From positions 1-58,574 of the forward strand of contig MU271358.1 of assembly GCA_021432655.1 (NCBI GenBank): a stretch of 58,574 bases of DNA, written 5' to 3'. Positions 1-11,365 of this stretch are shown here, piece after piece. How positions within the stretch are numbered: position 1 is the stretch's first letter; every line of letters starts with the position of its first letter. The stretch comes from Atractiella rhizophila. Lineage: Eukaryota. The position numbers and the translations under genes are program-made. Under the pieces are notes generated by a model. The model worked only from the letters and a program-made list of their open reading frames with translations, was not told the DNA's origin and did not search any database.

Positions 1-25
1 AAGACTTTCCAACTAAGATGCTTGC

Positions 26-1114
26 TTAATGCACGACTCCAAGTCTTCTCTTATCCGTGACCTTCTTGTGGCTCTTCTTGCTCCCGTGCGTCTTCTTGCT
101 TGACTTAGCAGTAGTCGACTTAGTCGTCGTGTTCACTGCAGCAGACCTAGCAGTCGAGCACGGAGCGACCTTCTTCCATGGCAGAGAGACACCTTCGACG
201 GGCGACTCTCCTTGAGTCCACCATTGGGCAACCCAGAGGTATCCTGTTCCCAGATAAATTACATCAGGGAGCGGGAACGGAGCCAGAGCGAGGAATGACC
301 TTGGAATGTAGCCTGATCGCCACCCCAGTAGATGCTGCACATGAGGTATCGTTAGGAGGAATAAGGTTAGAAAGAGGAAAACGGACGCGTTTACGTCCCA
401 GGCTGCCACATTAGCGCAGTTTCCACTTGCAGGAGGAGGAGTGGTGGTCCCGTCCGTGAACTGCCACTGAAGAAATCAAGTTGGTGAGTTGAAAAGTGGA
501 GCGCTAGGGCGAGACAGACATTTATGGGAAAACGGCCAGTGTCAGCACCTGTTAAACACAACCGTCATGACGAGCTTTATTGAGACTAGTGAGACCAACC
601 GTTGTACAGAACAGCAAAGGGACCCCTTGCAAAGTCAAGATCGTTGTCCGTGCATCCAACACACCTTCATGACGACAGAACTGTCTGTCAGGGCACGAAA
701 TTGACATGAGGAAGGTAACAATGTGCGGACCTGTCGACAACTGTGACAGTGACAGAAACACCATTGGCAGGATTCGTCGCCAGGATGGAGCGACCACAGA
801 TGGTGGCGAGATTCGGGTTGGAGGACCCAGCTGGGATTGTGGAGTCGTACAACGCGTGTCCAACCGCTACAACGTTGTCGCTAGCCACCTATATCGAATG
901 CGATGGTTTACGTGGGGTGATACAACACTCGAAGGAAGATTTAAGGACGCACATTGTTGATTCCACAAGCCCCAAGGCCAACATCATATCTGGGGTTCAC
1001 TTAGCCAAAGAAAGCGGAAAACTGGTCAGAGACTCACACAGTCCCGTCACCCGTTGTAGCGAAGACTGTAGATATGAAAGCAGCGAGGGTTGCAAAAGAG
1101 ATAGCGGTTTTCAT
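26..1114 (-). CDS. Secreted RlpA-like double-psi beta-barrel (loosenin/expansin-like) protein with C-terminal CBM5/12 chitin-binding module and basic tail
   Basis: Manual splicing gives signal peptide MKTAISFATLAAFISTVFA, then TGDGT.YDVGLGACG..SDNVVAV..NPN..ICGRSI..SVTVTVVDRCVGCTDNDLDF (DPBB), linker TTTPPPASG, then CANVAAWDVNAIYWGGDQATFQGYLWVAQWWTQGESP..PWKKVAPC (CBM5/12 pattern) and a K/S/H-rich tail. Confidence 0.85.
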
Positions 1115-2468
1115 TTTCAGTTTTCAAAGAAGGACAGAAAGAAAGTGATAGTGATGATACGACAATATGCTGGCTTTTCAGCACAACAACAGCTTCGACA
1201 AGTCCAGAACAAGGTAAAGCAACACTTGTCAATCAAACAAGCTGAGCCAACTTATATACGCACATATTTCGGGCAACCCAGTGGTAACCAGCGCGGAAAA
1301 GATGGAACACTTGTCCACGCCTCACTGCCCAAACCGAATCCTCTTTAAACGCGCTCATTCAGTGCAGTGTCGTTCCCTTGTGCAACGGGTGTGTAACCGT
1401 CCTCAGGAAACCGCTGGCCGCTTCAAACCATGTGGCAGAGCATTTGTACAAAGCGTTGTTCCCGAGGGGTGTAAAAGAGACAACGAACGGGAAAGTTCCT
1501 GATGAAGTAGTACGCGAACTTGGATACATATGGATATCATCTGCGAATCAGCAAGCAGCAAGCAGTTGCTTGAGAGTCATGCAGCCATGCTAGACACTTG
1601 AAATTAATATTGAAGGCAAAACACACCCTTATTCCACCCCTTTGCGAACAACACTTTCTCTAGTATCACCAGCCTTTCATAAGGCTTCATTCACCTTTGC
1701 GTTTCAATGTGTTCCGTCCGCCGGCTCCGTCTGACGCAATTATGTAATGGATGGAAGCAAAAAAGCAAAGGCAAGAACGAATCGGTGTTTGTGCTCCAGA
1801 CCACAGGCGTCCCAGGAAATAAGGAGAGACATGGAAAGCTCTCTGTGGTTACATAAACGGAAAAACTCTGAGAGAGCAGGATTTCGAGGGCAGAAAGGTG
1901 AGCAGCTGTTCGCATTGCAGTTGTGGTAGGTGAGAAGGATTCGTGCGTTCATTTGCCGGCGTACCGGCTGTTCAGAGAGTAGAACTGTACAGATTTGGCT
2001 AGGTACATCATCATATCGTAGCTAGTCAAGCCAATACTGAATCGGGGTGACTTGAAGCACAGATCCAATTTATTTTAGAAACCAAAAAAAAATGAAAATA
2101 CAATTCGTATCATTCGCGTCGTCAATACTCATGAGATGAAACGGACGTATGTGACATATCTCAAAACTCGTTCTAAAGAAGATCAAGGAAGCGGCAGCGT
2201 GAATACAGTCAAAGTCAGCACTACTAGATGTGTGATGCAGTGGGGTGCAGTGGATCGTAGTCACGCTCTAACTTGGAGACTGGATGCGAAAACAGAAAGA
2301 GGTAAAAAATGAGAAGCAGAAAACGGATGGAAGCTACGTTGACGAAAATGATGTTTCACGTTTCTGGGAGAGAAAAGTTCAAGTGAAATTCGATGTGCTG
2401 GCATCTCTGGCTGCCCCTTGCCACTTTTCCTTTGCAGCTGGTGCGTACCCCGTGATGGATGGATATGC

Positions 2469-3255
2469 TTACTGAGTTCGAGAGGCTTGCATCGTTCGAG
2501 TGGCCTGCTGAGGTTGCATTTGAAGCTGAGGGTTATAATCGAGAAGTCCCAATCTGTGCATGACTAACTCGATCCTTTCCATTGGACTCCATCCGCGTGA
2601 AACACTCTGCCTCTCCGTTTAGCATTGTTGCTTTGGCCAAAAGGAAACTCACATCGAGGTATACCGCCCCAATGATAGCCTTGACCAAATCTACGCAGAA
2701 TGCTTCCCCAAAAGTTTGCAAATTATGATATGCGAAATCTTGAAGCCCATACTTCTTGCATGCATTTTCGAGGGGAGGTCCCGACAGGCAACGCTGAGTG
2801 GTTTGGCAGGTTAATTCTGAATATTGATCTCATTACAAACGATCAACGGTATAGAGGTGCATACTTCCGTCGTCTCCCAGACCGAGACGGTGGATGACCT
2901 GCAAGAAAATGAGTGTTTACCGACTGGGAGGTCGAGGCGTACCACTATTTGAGCTGTTTTCATGGCCGCATCACCTAAACTGTGGGCGATTTGAGTTCGC
3001 AAATTGTTCCATGAGATATCCGGACACCTACCGTGCAAGCCCTCCATTTGCACCTTGAGGGCCGCCAGAATAACTCGAATGTGTGATTGCCTTGAACCAC
3101 AGGTCATGGTTTCGGTCCGTAGGGTAGCCGGTGAGGGCGCCCAATCGGTGGAAACGCCGCAAGCGTTCTTCCTCTGAGACCTGTTACTTTTGCCTCGCTG
3201 CAGAAGAAGTGCAAGCATACTCACCAAACTGACGGCGCGATTCGCTGGGATCCAT
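2469..3255 (-). CDS. Stand-alone RNase III-domain protein, copy 1 (catalytically degenerate, ~180 aa, 6 exons)
   Basis: Spliced: MDPSESRRQF/EEERLRRFHRLGALTGYPTDRNHDLWFKAITHSSYSGGPQGANGGLAR/LGDAAMKTAQIV/VIHRLGLGDDG/KLTCQTTQRCLSGPPLENACKKYGLQDFAYHNLQTFGEAFCVDLVKAIIGAVYLD/SVSRGWSPMERIELVMHRLGLLDYNPQ... This is colinear with the RNase III motifs LGY, ALTHRS, NERLEFLGD, EG.LS and ADxxEAxIGAxxLD. Confidence 0.8.
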
Positions 3256-6200
3256 GAGAGCGGAATACGGATTTGATAACTCAGTGCAGCGTTGCAGTCG
3301 GTTTCGTTGCTGATCAACAGGCTACGATTGACCCTTTTTATACCTTCCGTGGCCAAATTGTACGCTGGCGAGAGGCAAGGCGCAAACTGTGCAGTCATGC
3401 AAAAGTGTGGGTCCCAAGTGACCTGACAAGTTTGCTTCCATTAATCTGTGTGTACTATGGATCAGAAGTCTCATGACCATCGAAGCAGCTCGGCTGAATA
3501 GTGCTCCAGCTTTTTTTTCAACGGGAGCGTGTGTGCTCAGATTAATGACGAAGCTCTGTTGCCTTTTGGACTGAATGTTTGTCTCCGATCCATAAATGAA
3601 CACTTGTTCGCCCTTTTGACTTTTTTCGCTTGATATTGCGATTTTTCGTCACCAAGTAGAAAATCCGGATAGGGAATTCCTTGCTCTTCCCTTGCCTGCT
3701 GAGTGCAGCCTGTTGGTTTCCCGTATAGAACAGTATGCCAGTCGAATGCCATGGTTCATGACTGATTTGCGTCGATCCGAGTCCTCGCGATTCAATCAAG
3801 TTGGAGCTGTTGTCCAGATTTATAGGCCTACGTGCTCTAGTTAGCGGTGACATGCTGACATGTTGTCAAATGTCAGACTGTCAGACTCTCGCGACCGGGC
3901 TGCATTCAAAACTTCGGCGGTCCTAATCCGTGACTTCAGAGAAAGCGTCAATATGTGGATGTCATGACTTTTATGGAGTTTCAGGGTAATATAAATCGCA
4001 AGCACAGATTTCCGTTGACGTTCCGAACAGAGAATGACATGTTCTTCTCAGAGAGCGTTCGCTCATCGCAAGCAATAACAAACAGGCAACAACGAGTGCT
4101 CGTCGCTACCACGGCTAGCTGCAGCAGTCCTTCGTCTTCATTTCATTTTTTGTCAGTTTTGGAAAGACTCGGCGATTTGGTCCAGATGTCCACGATTTTG
4201 CCTCATTCACAGCGTGTCAGAATTTAACTCGAGCATTAGAGGGACGAGTGGAATGCTTGGTCCTCCGAAACTAGTGGCTGCTGCCCTAGCCGAAGCGAAA
4301 TAATTGGGCGAGGGCATGGGCATGGATAGGTCACACCAGGTGTGTGTGTGGATGTGGATAATGAATTCAAGCAAACAAACAACGACGTTAATAAGATCTA
4401 TATTATTTCAGTCAAGTCATTTCTCCTATGGACCTCGGGTGAGAAAGGTTCACAAAATTGCATTTTTACGTGATCAGTGGCGAACCGTTTGAACGAGAGA
4501 ATGCGCCAGCTTCGTTCACGTCTCCTACTCTTCCTTCGTTGTCTAGCCTGTGGATGGCGGCTCGGGCTGTCCAACCGTCTTCTCCAGTATCGGAACAATA
4601 ATTTTATCTATCAAATTAACCTGTTTCATTGTCAACCATTCCAGGTATTTGAAATGATACCTCTTTTCTTCGATTTATGCGCAGCCATAATTCTATCGGA
4701 CTTGTCCAGAGTCGTGGGGTCTCCTCAGAGTTTGATTGTTTCCGGAGGGATAGTAGCTTCAACATTATCATAAAAACGGGCAGTGCGCACGAAATAAATG
4801 TCTGCCGTAGCTTTCGTGGAAATTTTACGAAATCAGTAAAACGCAGGATAGAAAAATAAATCAGTAAAACGCGGGATCAGAAAAATATTGACTGTCTTCC
4901 TCCTCATTCATGGAGCAAAGATGCTGCCTGAGGCCTGAGGCCTGCCTGAGAAACGAAACAAAGAACGCCTTGTGCATAAACTGACTGGAGGATAGATGAG
5001 GCGATATGCTTGCCTTGTTCTTAAGAGCAGGCATCCTCGTCAATCCACAACTGAGAGCAAGCGTTCTTCCTCTGAGACCTGTTACTTTTGCCTCGCTGCA
5101 GAAGAAGTGCAAGCATACTCACCAAACTGACGGCGCGATTCGCTGGGATCCATGAGAGCGGAATACGGATTTGATAACTCAGTGCAGCGTTGCAGTCGTT
5201 TTCGTTTCTGATCAACAGGCTACAATTGACCCTTTTTATACCTTCCGTGGCCAAATTGTACACTGGCGAGAGGCAAGGCGCAAACTGTGCAGTCATGCAA
5301 AAGTGTGGGTCCCAAGTGACCTGACAAGTTTGCTTCCATTAATCAGAGTGTACTATGGATCAGAAGTCTCATGACCATCGAAGCAGCTCGGCTGAATAGT
5401 GCTCCAGCTTTTTTTCAACGGGAGCGTGTGTGCTCAGATTAATGACGAAGCTCTGTTGCCTTTTGGACTGAATGTTTGTCTCCGATCCATAAATGAACGC
5501 TTGTTCGCCCTTTTGACTTTTTTCGCTTGATATTGCGATTTTTCGTCACCAAGTAGAAAATCCGGATAGGGAATTCCTTGCTCTTCCCTTGCCTGCTGAG
5601 TGCAGCCTGTTGGTTTCCCGTATAGAACAGTATGCCAGTCGAATGCCATGGTTCATGACTGATTTGCGTCGATCTGAGTCCTCGCGATTCAATCAAGTTG
5701 GAGCTGTTGTCCAGATTTATAGGCCTACGTGCTCTAGTTAGCGGTGACATGCTGACATGTTGTCAAATGTCAGACTGTCAGACTCTCGCGACCGGGCTGC
5801 ATTCAAAACTTCGGCGGTCCTAATCCGTGACTTCAGAGAAAGCGTCAATATGTGGATGTCATGACTTTTATGGAGTTTCAGGGTAATATAAATCGCAAGC
5901 ACAGATTTCCGTTGACGTTCCGAACAGAGAATGACATGTTCTTCTCAGAGAGCGTTCGCTCATCGCAAGCAATAACAAACAGGCAACAACGAGTGCTCGT
6001 CGCTACCACGGCTAGCTGCAGCAGTCCTTCGTCTTCATTTCATTTTTTGTCAGTTTTGGAAAGACTCGGCGATTTGGTCCAGATGTCCACGATTTTGCCT
6101 CATTCACAGCGTGTCAGAATTTAACTCGAGCATTAGAGGGACGAGTGGGATGCTTGGTCCTCCGAAACTAGTGGCTGCTGCCCTAGCCGAAGCGAAATAA

Positions 6201-6953
6201 TTGGGCGAGGGCATGGGCATGGATAGGTCACACCAGGTGTGTGTGTGGATGTGGATAATGAATTCAAGCAAACAAACAACGACGTTAATAAGATCTATAT
6301 TATTTCAGTCAAGTCATTTCTCCTATGGACCTCGGGTGAGAAAGGTTCACAAAATTGCATTTTTACGTGATCAGTGGCGAACCGTTTGAACGAGAGAATG
6401 CGCCAGCTTCGTTCACGTCTCCTACTCTTCCTTCGTTGTCTAGCCTGTGGATGGCGGCTCGGGCTGTCCAACCGTCTTCTCCAGTATCGGAACAATAATT
6501 TTATCTATCAAATTAACCTGTTTCATTGTCAACCATTCCAGGTATTTGAAATGATACCTCTTTTCTTCGATTTATGCGCAGCCATAATTCTATCGGACTT
6601 GTCCAGAGTCGTGGGGTCTCCTCAGAGTTTGATTGTTTCCGGAGGGATAGTAGCTTCAACATTATCATAAAAACGGGCAGTGCGCACGAAATAAATGTCT
6701 GCCGTAGCTTTCGTGGAAATTTTACGAAATCAGTAAAACGCAGGATAGAAAAATAAATCAGTAAAACGCGGGATCAGAAAAATATTGACTGTCTTCCTCC
6801 TCATTCATGGAGCAAAGATGCTGCCTGAGGCCTGAGGCCTGCCTGAGAAACGAAACAAAGAACGCCTTGTGCATAAACTGACTGGAGGATAGATGAGGCG
6901 ATATGCTTGCCTTGTTCTTAAGAGCAGGCATCCTCGTCAATCCACAACTGAGA
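3159..6953. repeat. Near-identical 1.9-kb direct tandem duplication (3159-5056 / 5057-6953)
   Basis: Sequence starting gcaagcgttcttcctctgag recurs at offset 1897-1898 with only a handful of differences. The ORF track repeats identically (3955/5852, 4304/6201, 4477/6374). Confidence 0.95.
5057..5153 (-). pseudogene. 5' fragment (exon 1, intron 1, start of exon 2) of RNase III-like copy 1 created by the 1.9-kb duplication
   Basis: ATGGATCCCAGCGAATCG...GAGGAAGAACGCTTGC stops abruptly at the duplication junction. Confidence 0.7.
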
Positions 6954-7270
6954 CAGGCAGAACACATTTCCATTGAATTAATCACTCCTTCGCCATAGCT
7001 CGAATATGTATCCTATCGTCGACCACCCTCCTAAGAACCTGAGCAAACAGGTAGCAGCGATAACAACAGAAGACCTCCACGCTTCGCCGCTTTCCAGCTA
7101 AGGTGCAACTCCTTAGGTCGTCCTCGCCGGAGAGGTGCATAATTAGATGTCGGGCTCGGCGTTGGGACTTGTCCTGGTCGGCTCCGGAAGGAATGCGGTC
7201 GACGATACTCGAACTTGACTGCAGAGGAAATAACGAACGAACCTTGTTTGATACTTCGGCCATAGGCATC
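5300..7270 (-). pseudogene. Degenerate F-box-like gene relic
   Basis: 5' end reads SIVDRIP...LIMHLSGEDDLRSCTLAGKR (F-box-like pattern). Downstream DNA is homologous to 9060-10760 and 12500-14157 with patchy conserved peptides (VACDER..EK.MSF, INLDN, WI.DKQ) but has stops and frameshifts. Confidence 0.4.
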
Positions 7271-7901
7271 ACAGGGAGTAGGGAGAGAGGGAGAGAGGGA
7301 GAGAGGGAGAGGTTTATATGGGCGGGACAGGATGCGACGGTAAAGAAAAGGTGCGGAGCTCATCGCATTGAAGAGTCGGAGATGAGAGGGTTTATTTACC
7401 AGAGTAACTGTTTAGAGAGGTAGAGAGTTGCGATTTTACAGATCTGGCTAGGTATCATCATCATATCGTACCTAATCAAGCCAATGTTTGAAACGGCGAA
7501 ATTGTAAAGCGGACAGATCAAGTGCATCGAAAAATACAGAAAACTGTTATCATTGCGGTCGTCCATAATCCCGAGATGAAAGATGAGACGTATCTTAAAA
7601 CTAGTTCTCAGGAAGGGCAAGAAGAAGGGGGCAGTGTATGTGGTAAAACGTAGTGCTGCTGAACGCAGACTATAGACGCGAAACCAAGGAAAGTCCTGGA
7701 ACTACGGGTATCGTGCATGAGATCATCGTAGAGGTCATTAGCTAACTGGGAGAAACTGATGAAAGAAAAAAGGCGTGGCCCAAAAAATGAGAAGCAGAAA
7801 ATGAATATGAGGCAGTCAATTGATGGAACCTGTGTCGGAAGTGATGTGTTTTTCCATGTTTCTGTCAGACAAATTCAACCGAAAATCTACATGGATGGGG
7901 G

Positions 7902-8853
7902 TTATATCTGTCTGGCCCTTGTCGTGTCGTCGTTCTCAGCTGGCGCACCCACCATGTTGGATGGAGAGGCTTGCTGAGGTTGAAAGAATTGCTGCGCTCG
8001 AGAGGCTCGCTGAGTTCGACAGGCTTGCTGAATTCGGGGGGCTTGCTGAGTTTGAGAGTCTTGCTGAGTTCGGGAGGTTTGCTGATTTTGAGAGTCTAGC
8101 TGACGTTGAGGGTCATAATCGAGAATCTCCAATCTCTGCATGACTCCCTCGATTTGGTTCATGGGATTCCATGTACGATAAACACTCTGTCCCTCCACTT
8201 AGCATTGCTGCTCTGTCCAGGAAGAAACTCACATCGATGTACACAGCCCCAATGATAGCTTTGACCAGATCTGCGCAGAATCCTTCTGCAGGTTGGCCAA
8301 GGTTATGATATGCGAGATCTTGAAGTCCATACTTCTTGCATATCTTCTCGAGAGGCTGGCACGACAGGCAACGCTGAAGGGTCTGGGAAGTTAATTCTGA
8401 ATATTGGCCCATTACAACAAAAAAATCGACGGGATAGAAGCACACACGTCCGTCGTCTCCCAGACCGGCACGGTGGATGACCTGCGAAAAAAATGAGAGT
8501 CTAGCGGTTGGGAAATCGAGACTTACCACCGTCTGGACTGTTTTCATCGCCACATCACCCAAACTGTGGACAATTTGAGTTCGCAGATGGCCTCTACGTG
8601 CGGACACTATACCGTGCAAGCCCTCCATTTGCGCCTTGACGGCCGCCAGAATAGCTTGAGTGTGTGATTGCCGTACGCCACAGATCGTCATACTGTCGGT
8701 CCAAGGGGTAGCCGATCAGTCTGTGCAATCGCTCGAAGCGCTCTTCCACTGTGCCTCCAGCAGCACCATATCGTGGGGGACCTGTCACTTTTGCTGGCTG
8801 CAGAAGTAAGCCTACTCACCAGACTGAGGGCGCCGTTCGTTGGAGTAGTCCAT
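7902..8853 (-). CDS. Stand-alone RNase III-domain protein, copy 2 (catalytically degenerate, Q-rich repeat tail)
   Basis: Same five intron positions as copy 1. Reads MDYSNERRPQS/GPPRYG..ERFERLHRLIGYPLDRQYDDLWRTAITHSSYSGGRQGANGGLAR/LGDVAMKTVQTV/VIHRAGLGDDG/..CKKYGLQDLAYHN..FCADLVKAIIGAVYID/SVYRTWNPMNQIEGVMQRLEILDYDPQ plus tail. Confidence 0.82.
7968..8111. repeat. Coding minisatellite, 8 x 18 bp (consensus about GGCTTGCTGAGTTCGAGA), encoding (S/P)RTQQ(A/D)-like hexapeptides on the minus strand
   Basis: Units are directly visible (ggcttgctgaggttgaaa, ggctcgctgagttcgaca, ggcttgctgagtttgaga ...). Confidence 0.85.
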
Positions 8854-9059
8854 AAGGTCGGATACGGACGAGAACCTCGGTGCAGTATGGCAGTCCCCTT
8901 TCTCGAGGCAGTCTAACCTGATAGACAGCAGCTAATCATGCCTTTTTATAGCTTTCGGCGACTCTATAGACAGATTGTACACTAAGCAGAGGGTGCTGGG
9001 CGCAAAAAGAGTTGCTCCAATATCACTTGCCCATGTTTGCTTGTCCCTGGCTTGTTGTC

Positions 9060-10760
9060 CATTGATCAGTTGTGAACCAGGGATCGACAGTTCATGACCG
9101 TCGAAGAAGGAGGTCGGTTGAATGATTCGGTCACCGCAAGAGTGTTTTGCTCAAATTCATGACAGCGTTTGGACAGTTGTTTTTCTGCGATCCAAAGCTA
9201 CAATAATATTTACTCACGATTTATCCTTCTGACGTGGAAACTTTTATCACGAGGTAGAAACCGCAGATCAGTAATGCTGCTCTGCACAAGGGTGTTCAGT
9301 GCAGCTCGATGGCTGCCACTTAGAACGGTATTAGAGCAAAGGAATTGCATAATCCATGCATATTCCTGAATGATTGATGATTTGTGTCAATCCGAATCTT
9401 TCGGATCAGTACTATTCAGTGTTATCCAGATTTATAAGCACACGTGCTCTTGTCAAATCGTCAAAACCGAGCAATCGGGCTACGTTTACAACCCCAGGCA
9501 TGCTCGGTTTGTGGCTCCCGAGAATGCTGTCATGATTTTCATAGAGTTTCATGGTAATAGAAAGCGGGAACCTGACCGAAATGCAGATTTCGTTAAAGTG
9601 CAGAACAGCGAATGACATGCTCTTCTCACGCTCACCGCAAAATACAACCATTAGGTAAACAAAGACCTGCCGTTGTTTTTGAGACCTACAACGTTGGTCC
9701 TTCGTCATTTTTCTGGTTTTGGAAAGTTTTTGGCGATTTGGTCCCGACACTTAACTCGAGCATTGGAGACATGAGTGAAAATTTCTGTTCTCCGAAACTT
9801 TTCGGCGGTGTCCCTCATGCCATCGCCCAAGCGAAATAGTTTGGCAAGGGCACAGAGGAGTGATTAATTCAAATGTGTGATGCGTGTCTCATTATGGATT
9901 GACTGGGGTTCCCGAACACAAGACAACCTTATCGCGCCTTCTATTCCTTTGTTCAGATGCACATGGCTTTTTTTGTATCCTCAGCTTCGCTGCATGGATG
10001 AAGACGCCTAGGAACTTTGAACCCGCGAAATTTCACCTCTTTGTAGCACTACCAGTCTTTGATGGTTAAGTTGGCGACCTTATCCATTTGCGTACGAGGG
10101 AACCAGAATAGAACCATACAAGTTCGATAGAATTGTGACGGCGCACAAATAGAAGAAAAGGGTTCATTGTCATTCACTGCGGCTTGGAGGAGGTGCACTG
10201 ACAATGAAAACAGATAACTCCTATACTTTCAGGGCAAAACCACTGCATCAATGCCGCAAAAGACGGCTGAACAGCCCTAGGCGCCTTCTTCGTGGTGGGG
10301 AAAGGGGACGGTGGTCAAGCTGGCAACAGAAGAGTTGAGACTTGAAGGAAGCTTGCCCTAGCCTTTCTCTCAGTGAAACATACCGCTGTTCACCCGGGTT
10401 CCATGATAGAGAAATCATTTGATCCGAAATAAGGTAGATTGCGTTAACGTCGCTGTTTTTTTGCTTCAATTCAGTGCCATGACACAGACCTGGTGGGACT
10501 GCCGCCATGGTTGGATGTATATTGGATCATCGATGTATCATCGAGAAACCTGAGCAAAGGGGTAGCAGAGATAAATCGAGAAGAGCTCCCGGCTCCGCTG
10601 CTTTCGTAACTAAGGTGCAACCCATCAGCTTGTCCTCACCAGAGAGGTGAGTGAATAAGGGAAGGTGAGTTGTGTTCCGACCGTCGGCTCCGGGTAAACA
10701 TGACCGGGTAAACATGATCTGGATCGACGTTGCTCGGGCAGCCAGCTCGCTAAGAAACGT
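9060..10760 (-). pseudogene. Degenerate F-box-like gene relic (second paralog)
   Basis: LFTHLSGEDKLMGCTLVTK matches HLSGEDDLRSCTLAGK near 7100. 9060-9860 is homologous to 3440-4320 and 12550-13460. No continuous reading frame could be built. Confidence 0.35.
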
Positions 10761-11365
10761 TGAGAAGTTAGTAGCGAGTATTAAAGGGAGCGCGGAGATG
10801 AGAAGAAGCTGTTTGTGGTTTAAAAACGGGAAAAGGTAGATATTGCTTTCAGGTGAGCAGATGTTTGCATTGCAAGAGTTGAAGGCGGGGCGGCGAGAGG
10901 GATTCGAGGTTTCATGCTCTGGCGGCAGTTTAGAGGAAATAGCGCGGTCGTACTCATCATCATATCGTACCTAATCAAACTGCTATCTGAAACGGAGAGA
11001 CTGAAAAAGCTCCATCAAACCAAAAATTGATTGTAATTGGGGAGGGAAACATGGGGCAGAGAAACTGGTATCAGAAGAATTGGTATCAAGCAAGTCGTCA
11101 CGCGTCAAAAGTCGTGAGGTATATCTCAGAGCTGGTTCCAACAAATTGAGGCGACAAGAGGATGTCGGTTGTGAATGGCTAGAACTCTGTATGTTGTAAG
11201 ACATCATGAGGCATATACGGTATCTGGGTCAAACGGGACGAAATGGAAAAACATGAAACAGAGATGAGAAGAGGGGTAGAAAACGACGGCGATGGGACTG
11301 ATTATGGATGACATGCGCCGTAGTGTACGATTTCTCCAACTTTCTTTACTGAGCGAAAATCTGCC

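Noticed and set aside
743..1348. 201-aa plus-strand ORF
   Set aside because: It is antisense to the well-supported DPBB gene and has no recognisable motifs.
4829..4890. Short local tandem duplications (about 29 bp here; 14 bp near 10690; 13 bp near 16272)
   Set aside because: Two-copy slippage-type repeats in non-coding or decayed DNA with no evidence of function.
7820..8143. Plus-strand ORF with LAEF repeats, or a CRISPR-like array
   Set aside because: It is the antisense reading of the 18-bp coding minisatellite. There are no spacers and the context is eukaryotic.
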